The position numbers were made by a program, and so were the translations under genes. This document shows positions 57,359 to 64,000 of a stretch of DNA of 64,000 nt, in pieces. Source of the DNA: a virus; IMG/VR virus record IMGVR_UViG_3300004806_000016, one strand, 5' to 3'. Position 1 is the stretch's first letter. Each line of letters opens with the position of its first letter. Below the pieces are notes generated by a model, which saw nothing but the letters and a program-made list of their open reading frames with translations, did not search any database and was not told the DNA's origin.

Positions 57359-57682
57359 ATGGCAACAAAGGCTAACATAGTTGTTGATCAGGGTACTACT
57401 TTTAATACACAAATATCTCTTACTGATGATGCTGGTAATCCTCTAGATCTTACTGGCTATACTGGCGAATCGCAGATTCGTAAATGGTATACATCAAGCA
57501 ATTCTACTTCTTTTAGCGTCTCCCTTAGCACAGGAGTCGTAAATCTTTCATTAGACGCAAATACCACCAGCTCTCTTGCAGCTGGTAGATATGTGTATGA
57601 TGTTGTCATGACAGACGGCACTGGCGTCGTTACTAGAGTCGTAGAGGGGATCGTTACTGTAACGCCAAGAGTATCACAATAA
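57359..57682 (+). CDS. Conserved virion structural protein
   Basis: A..NI.VDQG.TF, DLTGY....QIRK.Y.S, GRYVYDV, RVVEG..TV.P. Confidence 0.8.
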   Translation: MATKANIVVDQGTTFNTQISLTDDAGNPLDLTGYTGESQIRKWYTSSNSTSFSVSLSTGVVNLSLDANTTSSLAAGRYVYDVVMTDGTGVVTRVVEGIVTVTPRVSQ

Positions 57683-57945
57683 TGGCCAACATTAATGCTA
57701 CAATAAGAAGACCAAACCTAATCGTAGCAAATACGGTCCCTCTTACTACGACTCAATCTAACCCACCATTATCGCTAAAAAATAATGGTGCATCTTTGAA
57801 TCAAAATTATATACATAATCTACTAGATGTAGTCGAAGATCATCCATCTGATGGAGCTACTCTAGTATACAATGCGAATACGCATAAATACGAAGTAAAA
57901 AACATAACAATTAGCGTGACGAGCCTTGATGGCGGTTCTTTTTAA
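57682..57945 (+). CDS. Small virion/fibre adaptor protein
   Basis: L.DV.....DGA.LVY, ends LDGGSF. Confidence 0.7.
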   Translation: MANINATIRRPNLIVANTVPLTTTQSNPPLSLKNNGASLNQNYIHNLLDVVEDHPSDGATLVYNANTHKYEVKNITISVTSLDGGSF

Positions 57946-57992
57946 GATGATTTTATAATAAATATAAAAAACAATAACACAAAGGAACAACC

Positions 57993-59891
57993 ATGGCTAA
58001 TAACCTAATTCAAATTAAAAGAAGTGCTTCTACAGCTACTCCATCGTCGTTGAATCCAGGCGAATTAGCCTTTTCCAACGTAGTTGGTGGTTCTGGTATA
58101 CTATTCATCGGTTCTACTGATGGCGGTACTGTTGTTCCAATTGGTGGTGCTAGAACTCCAGGTACTCTTACTGCCAACCAAGCTCTCGTAGCCAACTCTA
58201 CTTCTGGTATTAACAGAATTTTAGCTGCTAACGTTGATCTTAATATCCTTAATGCTAACGGTAGCCCTGGAACTTCTGGTTATGTTCTGTTCTCTGGTGG
58301 TTCTGGCTCGAATGCATACTGGGCTGGTGCTGGTGGTCTTGGTGTTAACACTGCTGCTCAATACAGCTTTACCAATACAATTTCTTTCTCAAATACTGTA
58401 ACATTCAGTACTTCTATCCTAGCTAACACTATTAATGCTACATCATATACCGCTGCTACTTATGGTGGTGCTACTAGTGGTTTCCTTGCTAACTCTACAT
58501 TTATTGGTGTTGGTAATAACTCTGTTAACGTAAGCATCAATAGCACTGCATTTAGCGGAACTGCAAATAATGCATTGTATCTTGGTGGAACAATCGCTTC
58601 TTCCTATGCTACTCAGTCTTATGTAACTAGCCAAGGCTATATAACATCTTCTGCTCTTTCTGGATATGCTACTCAGTCTTATGCTGATAGTTCTGCTAGC
58701 TCGTACGCCAGCACTGCATATTCCAATGCTATGGCGGATACTCTAACTCGTAATGCTACGTATACTGGAAACACTACGTTTAGCTCGGCCAATCATTCGA
58801 TTACTGGCACCAATACATACATCTCATCTAACACTACGATTGCTGGTACCAATACCGTAATCTCATCGAACGTCTTTATTACTGGCTCATCTCTTGCTGC
58901 TCCAGCGATCTCTCTTGGCGGCTCGATTATCCCAACTTCTAACGTATCATATGACCTTGGTAATTCTACCAACGCTTTCAGAAGTTTGTATGTTGGTGGT
59001 ACTACTGTCTATCTAGGTTCTGTGACCCTAAAAGACAGCAGCGGAACTCTACAAGTTAATGCTGCTTCTGGTGGCGCTGCTTCTGGTCTTGCTGTTGCTA
59101 ACCTTACTCTTTCTACCAATACATTAACAATCGGTACTGCAGCATATCATGTTGCTAACGGTAACTTAGGTATCGGTAACAGCGCACCAACTGATAAGTT
59201 GTCGGTTAATGGCACTACCAATCTTGGCGCGAACGTTGTTATTGGTGGTACTAACGTATATGCTACTTCAGCAGTACTGAATGTTAAAGACATTATTGCT
59301 AGTGGTAACCTTACTGTTCAGGGCACTCTTACTACTATCGATACCAATAACCTACAGGTTAAAGATAACTCGATTAAGATTGCTGATGGCCAGGCAAGTT
59401 CAACAACTTATGTTGACCAACAAGACTTCGTAGTTTATGGTACATATGGTAACACTGCGAATACTTGGTATGCTGGTTTCTATCGCGACCACGCTGCGAG
59501 CACTGGAACAAACCCAGTATTTAAAATCTTCGCATCTAATACTGAACCTTCAGGTGTCGTAGATAATAGTGCTCCAGGATATAACCTTGGTACTGTTAAT
59601 GCTTGGTTGACTACTGGCGCTTTTGTCGCTAACTCAACTGTAGTCAATATTACTGCGAATAGCACAGTATCTTCTGCTCTTGTTGCCAACACCTTGACTC
59701 TTTCGAGCGCTCTTGCTGCTTCATACGGTGGTACTGGCCAGACTTCATATAGCACTGGTGACTTGCTATATGCATCATCTTCTTCGGCGCTAAGTAAGTT
59801 ATCGGTCCCAGGTTCTGCTGCTAACGGCCAGGTTCTACAGATTACCAACAACCTACCAGCTTATGGCACTCTAGATGGCGGTACATTCTAA
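57993..59891 (+). CDS. Tail fibre protein
   Basis: IQIKRS....P.SL..GELA N-terminus, GNLTV.G..TT motif, ends LDGGTF; late motif AATAAATA upstream. Confidence 0.8.
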   Translation: MANNLIQIKRSASTATPSSLNPGELAFSNVVGGSGILFIGSTDGGTVVPIGGARTPGTLTANQALVANSTSGINRILAANVDLNILNANGSPGTSGYVLFSGGSGSNAYWAGAGGLGVNTAAQYSFTNTISFSNTVTFSTSILANTINATSYTAATYGGATSGFLANSTFIGVGNNSVNVSINSTAFSGTANNALYLGGTIASSYATQSYVTSQGYITSSALSGYATQSYADSSASSYASTAYSNAMADTLTRNATYTGNTTFSSANHSITGTNTYISSNTTIAGTNTVISSNVFITGSSLAAPAISLGGSIIPTSNVSYDLGNSTNAFRSLYVGGTTVYLGSVTLKDSSGTLQVNAASGGAASGLAVANLTLSTNTLTIGTAAYHVANGNLGIGNSAPTDKLSVNGTTNLGANVVIGGTNVYATSAVLNVKDIIASGNLTVQGTLTTIDTNNLQVKDNSIKIADGQASSTTYVDQQDFVVYGTYGNTANTWYAGFYRDHAASTGTNPVFKIFASNTEPSGVVDNSAPGYNLGTVNAWLTTGAFVANSTVVNITANSTVSSALVANTLTLSSALAASYGGTGQTSYSTGDLLYASSSSALSKLSVPGSAANGQVLQITNNLPAYGTLDGGTF

Positions 59892-59912
59892 GTTATCATC
59901 ATCACATTACTG

Positions 59913-59941
59913 ATTATATTATAGATTGAAACATTAGTCAA
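59913..59941 (-). promoter_or_regulatory. Antisense early-type promoter
   Basis: Minus strand TTGACT-17-TATAAT followed by CAGTAATGTGATGATGATAA. Confidence 0.65.
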
Positions 59942-59951
59942 GGATTTTATT

Positions 59952-60152
59952 ATGAATGAAGAATTTATTAATACCTACATTGAGATGATGAACAATAAAG
60001 TGTCTGATCTAACCAAATCAGAAATTATGTTACAGACGAGATTGGCGATTGCTGAAAAATTAGTCGCCACTCTCTTAGAAGATAAAACAAAATTAGAGGC
60101 GAGCTTAAATAAGAAAGCCTCTAAGACTACTAAAGAAGATAATTCGTTTTAA
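59952..60152 (+). CDS. Small coiled-coil protein
   Basis: RBS AAGGA. Confidence 0.65.
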   Translation: MNEEFINTYIEMMNNKVSDLTKSEIMLQTRLAIAEKLVATLLEDKTKLEASLNKKASKTTKEDNSF

Positions 60153-60188
60153 TCCTCGGTATATACCGATTGATGAGGAGAGCCAAAA

Positions 60189-60911
60189 TTGGCCAATAAT
60201 ACCTTTCAGGTAAAGAGAACGTCCACGACTGGCCGCACGCCAAATACGACAAACTCTGCCAATTCTCAATACATAAATGCGGGCGAACTGGCTCTGAATA
60301 TGACCGATCAGGTTCTTTATACTTCTGACGGTACGAATCTTATCATCATTGGTTCGAATACAGTAAATCATAGAGTTAGTAATACTCTAACTGTTAATGC
60401 TATTTCCGCGAACGGTTCTTTAGGATCGGCAAACCAAGTACTGACTTCAAATGGTTCATCTGTTTATTGGTCAACACCAACAGGTGGTGGCGCATCAGTA
60501 ACAATATCAGATACAGCACCATCTTCGCCTTCGGCTGGTAATCTTTGGTATAGCAGTGCTACAGGTGATTTGTATATATATTACAATGATGGCGATAGTA
60601 GCCAGTGGGTTAGTGTTAACGAGACATATCTTGGCGCTCCTGTTAATACACCATTGTTTACTGGTCTTGCTACATTTAGTAACGGTATCAATGTTGTTGG
60701 TAATGCTACTTTTACAAACACAACTTTTAGCAATACCAATTTTGGCAATACAATATTCAGTGGTTCTATAACAGCAAACAGTTCAAATGGAACAACTGGT
60801 CAAGTTTTAACATCTGGTGGTAGTAGTGGTAACGTATATTGGTCAACACCAAATACATCATTTGCTACAACAGGTAAAGCCATTGCAATGGCAATAGTAT
60901 TCGGGGGATAA
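60189..60911 (+). CDS. Short fibre-like virion protein (TTG start)
   Basis: RBS GAGGAG; QVKR...GELALN..D, two GQVLTS.G...YW repeats, ends TTGKAIAMAIVFG. Confidence 0.75.
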   Translation: MANNTFQVKRTSTTGRTPNTTNSANSQYINAGELALNMTDQVLYTSDGTNLIIIGSNTVNHRVSNTLTVNAISANGSLGSANQVLTSNGSSVYWSTPTGGGASVTISDTAPSSPSAGNLWYSSATGDLYIYYNDGDSSQWVSVNETYLGAPVNTPLFTGLATFSNGINVVGNATFTNTTFSNTNFGNTIFSGSITANSSNGTTGQVLTSGGSSGNVYWSTPNTSFATTGKAIAMAIVFGG

Positions 60912-60912
60912 T

Positions 60913-61269
60913 ATGGCTAATCCAAATATAGTTGGTGTATCAACAATTTATGGTAATACTAACTTACTAGCGGTAACAACAGTTAACACCGCTATTGTTT
61001 CTAACCCATCAAGTAGCGCTTCTGTTTATAAATTGAATACTCTTTCTGTATCAAATATTAATACTGCTGCTGCTTCTGTTTCAGTAATGTTTAATAGAGG
61101 TGGTGCCAATACTTTTCTTGTGCAAAACGTACCTGTTGCTGCTAACTCTAAATTGGATATAATTGGTAAAGACACGATGCTATACTTGCTTGAAAATGAT
61201 GCAGTCCAGATAGTCGCATCGGCGAATGCATATATTCAAGCAATTGCCAGCTGGGAGCAAATAAGCTAA
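60913..61269 (+). CDS. Conserved virion protein
   Basis: MANPNIV.V.TI.G...YL.E.D......S.E.IS family. Confidence 0.7.
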   Translation: MANPNIVGVSTIYGNTNLLAVTTVNTAIVSNPSSSASVYKLNTLSVSNINTAAASVSVMFNRGGANTFLVQNVPVAANSKLDIIGKDTMLYLLENDAVQIVASANAYIQAIASWEQIS

Positions 61270-63350
61270 TGCCAAGAGCTAGAATGAATGGTGGCGTTAC
61301 TGGGTATTTCAACTTACCTACTGGATCATCAGCAGGTGGTATCTGGTCAGCTACTGAAGAAAACTTGTATAGAGGAAATAATTTATTTCCTTTGGATTCA
61401 ACTGGTGGCGATCCACAATTTAACTTAACGTCATTATTACTTCATGGTGATGGTAGTAATGGCGCAAACAACAGTGTGTTTCAAGATTCTAGCGCTACTG
61501 CAGCTACCATCACACGCAATGGCACACCGACACAGGGAACGTTCTCACCATTCAGCCAGACTGGTTGGAGTAATTATTTCAATGGAAGCACAGATTATCT
61601 ACAGGCAACTGTTACAGGATCTGGCACAGGCGATTTTACGATCGAAGGGTGGGCATACGCAACTACATTAGCTTCAGGAGCTCCAAATATATTCAGTATT
61701 GTGGCCAGCGGCAGCAGTACGGGATTCCAAGTCTATATGAGTTCATCTCAGGGATTTGGTATAAGAAGTAATACTTCCAATATTTTAATAAATGCTGGCA
61801 GTATTACACCATTAGCCAACACATGGTATCATTTGGCAATGGTAAGAAAAACTGGTACCATATCGTTGTATGTCAACGGAGTACTTGCAGCCAGTACATC
61901 ATCAGCGTATACATTCAGTGATACACAGTTTAATGTTGGTTATACTTCGATCGGAAGTTATTTTGCAGGATATATATCTAATGTAAGATATGTAAACGGC
62001 ACCGCGATATACAACAGTAACTTTACACCAAGTACAACACCACTAACCGCAATCACAAACACTGTATTACTCACTTGTCAATCTAATCGTTTCTTAGATA
62101 ACAGCACTAACGCATATACTATAACACCATCAGGCACTCCCAGCGTCCAACCATTCTCACCATTACCTCCCGCTGCTGCTTATGGTGTCAGTAGTGTTGG
62201 TGGTAGCGCATATTTCAATCAGGCTAATCCCGATTATCTTATGACTTCTTATAGCACTGGTAATAATTTTACTGGTAATTTTACTATAGAAGCCTGGGTA
62301 TATTGTTTAGGTGTAGGAACTCCTGGATTCGGCATTTTGGCAAATCAGGGTTTTACTACCAGTGGCGGTAGCGGTGTATCTATATTTTTTGATACCAGTG
62401 GTCGAATCGCTTTTTTTGTCAACGGAAACGGGACTATCGCATATTCTGCCAATAATACTGTTAGTTATAATCAATGGTACCATGTAGCTTTAGTCCGTCT
62501 CGGTTCTACTAATACTCTGTACCTCAACGGTGTAAGTGTAGCTACTAATACCGCAACACCGACTTGGCCAGGGGCGACTGCATTTGGAATAGGCAGGACA
62601 TACAACGATAATACTGGCTATCAATGGTCTGGATATATCAGCAATCTACGTGTTGTAAATGGTACAGCAGTATATACATCTGCCTTCACACCACCAACCG
62701 CACCAGTTACTGCTATTGCCGCTACCCAGCTGCTAATAAACGGCACTAACGCTGGTATCTACGATCAGACTGCTAAGAACGATCTTATTACGGTTGGTTC
62801 TGCACAGATTAGTACTACACAATCTAAATTTGGTGGCAGCAGCATATTATTCAATGGCAGTACAGATTATATCACTACTCCCAGCTATCTGAATTGGCAA
62901 TTCGGCACCGGTGATTTCACTATAGAAGCATGGGTATGGAAATCAGCCAACGGTACTAATGGATATGATGGTGTAGCACAATATGGAAGCGCTACCAATG
63001 CTAGCGATGGCTGGTATTTTGAGATAAGTTCTTCTCGAGGATTATATTTTACTATCAACGGTTCTACAGTAACTTATGGTACATGGACAAATGACAGCAC
63101 ATGGCATCATGTAGCAGTAGTAAGAAGCAGTGGAATAGTTACTATATACAAAGATGGAACAAGTGTAGCAAGCGGTAGTTTAGCAGGATCTGTTCCTACG
63201 ACCGGTACAGTAGGAAGAATAGGATCTACATATAACGGCACTACTTACTACTATTATAACGGTTATATTGACGATCTACGTATCACCAAAGGTTATGCCA
63301 GATATACCTCAGCCTTTACACCATTATTATCAGCATTCCCTAACCGATAA
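61269..63350 (+). CDS. Concanavalin A/LamG repeat protein (three lectin-like domains), putative receptor-binding
   Basis: Three F.G...Y...G.FTIE.W...W.H.A.VR...Y.NG...GYI..R repeats. Confidence 0.85.
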   Translation: MPRARMNGGVTGYFNLPTGSSAGGIWSATEENLYRGNNLFPLDSTGGDPQFNLTSLLLHGDGSNGANNSVFQDSSATAATITRNGTPTQGTFSPFSQTGWSNYFNGSTDYLQATVTGSGTGDFTIEGWAYATTLASGAPNIFSIVASGSSTGFQVYMSSSQGFGIRSNTSNILINAGSITPLANTWYHLAMVRKTGTISLYVNGVLAASTSSAYTFSDTQFNVGYTSIGSYFAGYISNVRYVNGTAIYNSNFTPSTTPLTAITNTVLLTCQSNRFLDNSTNAYTITPSGTPSVQPFSPLPPAAAYGVSSVGGSAYFNQANPDYLMTSYSTGNNFTGNFTIEAWVYCLGVGTPGFGILANQGFTTSGGSGVSIFFDTSGRIAFFVNGNGTIAYSANNTVSYNQWYHVALVRLGSTNTLYLNGVSVATNTATPTWPGATAFGIGRTYNDNTGYQWSGYISNLRVVNGTAVYTSAFTPPTAPVTAIAATQLLINGTNAGIYDQTAKNDLITVGSAQISTTQSKFGGSSILFNGSTDYITTPSYLNWQFGTGDFTIEAWVWKSANGTNGYDGVAQYGSATNASDGWYFEISSSRGLYFTINGSTVTYGTWTNDSTWHHVAVVRSSGIVTIYKDGTSVASGSLAGSVPTTGTVGRIGSTYNGTTYYYYNGYIDDLRITKGYARYTSAFTPLLSAFPNR

Positions 63351-63372
63351 ATACATGAAAAAAGAGTAAACA

Positions 63373-64000
63373 ATGGCAATTAATTTTCCAACAGGTGTAG
63401 CTAACGGATATATTTTTACTGACTCGACTTCAGGCAGTCGTTTCCAGTACTATAGCACACCTGGTGTTTGGAAATACATTGCTTATTCTACAACACCAAC
63501 GTTAGCTAAAGCATCGCTAACAGGGGATGGTACAACAACATCATTTGGTATTCCAGGTGGTTATGTCGCGAACCAGATAAGCGTATATCTTAACGGTTCT
63601 TACCAGAGACCTGGAGTTGACGTTAATATTGGTAGTGGTGTTAACATCGTGTTTACGACACCACCACCGAACGGTTCATTGGTTGATGCTGTTGGCACAG
63701 GAACATTCTCATTCAATGGTGCATCAGTTCTGGTCAATCAGCAGTTTACAGCAAACGGAACTGCTAACAGCTTCGCTATTACTGGTGGTTACCTGCCAGG
63801 AATGCTTTCTGTCTATCTTAACGGTGTAAAACAAATACCTGTAATTGATGTTAATACGACTTCTGGTTCAAATGTTGGGTTTGTTGTTACACCACCAAAT
63901 AATTATATTGTTGATGTATTTGGTTATCAATCAGCGATTACTCTATCTTCAAACTCGCTTGTTGTTGGTAATACTACAGTCTTAGGAACAGCAATTACTG
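63373..64000 (+). CDS. Virion protein, 3'-truncated by window
   Basis: MAINFP start after GATAAATA; repeated VYLNG motifs; frame open to window end. Confidence 0.7.
   Translation, partial: MAINFPTGVANGYIFTDSTSGSRFQYYSTPGVWKYIAYSTTPTLAKASLTGDGTTTSFGIPGGYVANQISVYLNGSYQRPGVDVNIGSGVNIVFTTPPPNGSLVDAVGTGTFSFNGASVLVNQQFTANGTANSFAITGGYLPGMLSVYLNGVKQIPVIDVNTTSGSNVGFVVTPPNNYIVDVFGYQSAITLSSNSLVVGNTTVLGTAIT

Noticed and set aside
57993-63350. Diversity-generating retroelement targeting fibres (Mtd-like N-termini)
   Set aside because: No reverse transcriptase and no TR/VR pair with adenine-specific differences was seen in the window

Overview
64 kb of a large T4-like (Tevenvirinae/Kyanoviridae-type) myophage genome, probably infecting an alphaproteobacterium (it carries a circularly permuted two-piece tmRNA with an ANDN...LAA tag). 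Layout: (1) 1-6058, a higher-carbon sugar (heptose or octose) nucleotide pathway: GmhA-like isomerase, GmhB, transaldolase, SDR, Gfo/Idh/MocA, TylF-like methyltransferase, GT4 glycosyltransferase and HddA kinase. (2) 6.1-9.7 kb, T4-like core genes (RNase H, FmdB-like, PhoH, exonuclease). (3) 9.7-25.4 kb, an early/accessory block of small ORFs driven by a repeated sigma70-type promoter cassette, ending in the tmRNA, an HNH endonuclease and two tRNAs. (4) gp33, gp59 and gp32. (5) A minus-strand operon: gp4, gp2, gp54, gp26, gp51, a holin-like gene and a tape-measure-like gene. (6) The plus-strand baseplate and fibre module: gp48, gp53, hub, split gp5, gp25, gp6, gp7, gp8, a split VrlC/DUF4815-like protein, fibres and a LamG protein. 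The most striking feature is three tandem Hint domains at the C-terminus of the 1917-aa virion protein. Two are complete mini-inteins separated by 8- and 5-residue Cys/Gly micro-exteins, and the third lacks the terminal His-Asn. The array sits exactly where the VrlC-like gene is split. Other notable signals are a likely -1 frameshift joining gp26 to gp51, in-frame AUGs at the predicted +1 of early promoters, and a consensus early promoter pointing antisense into a tail-fibre gene. All family calls come from motif recognition by eye; no database searches were run.
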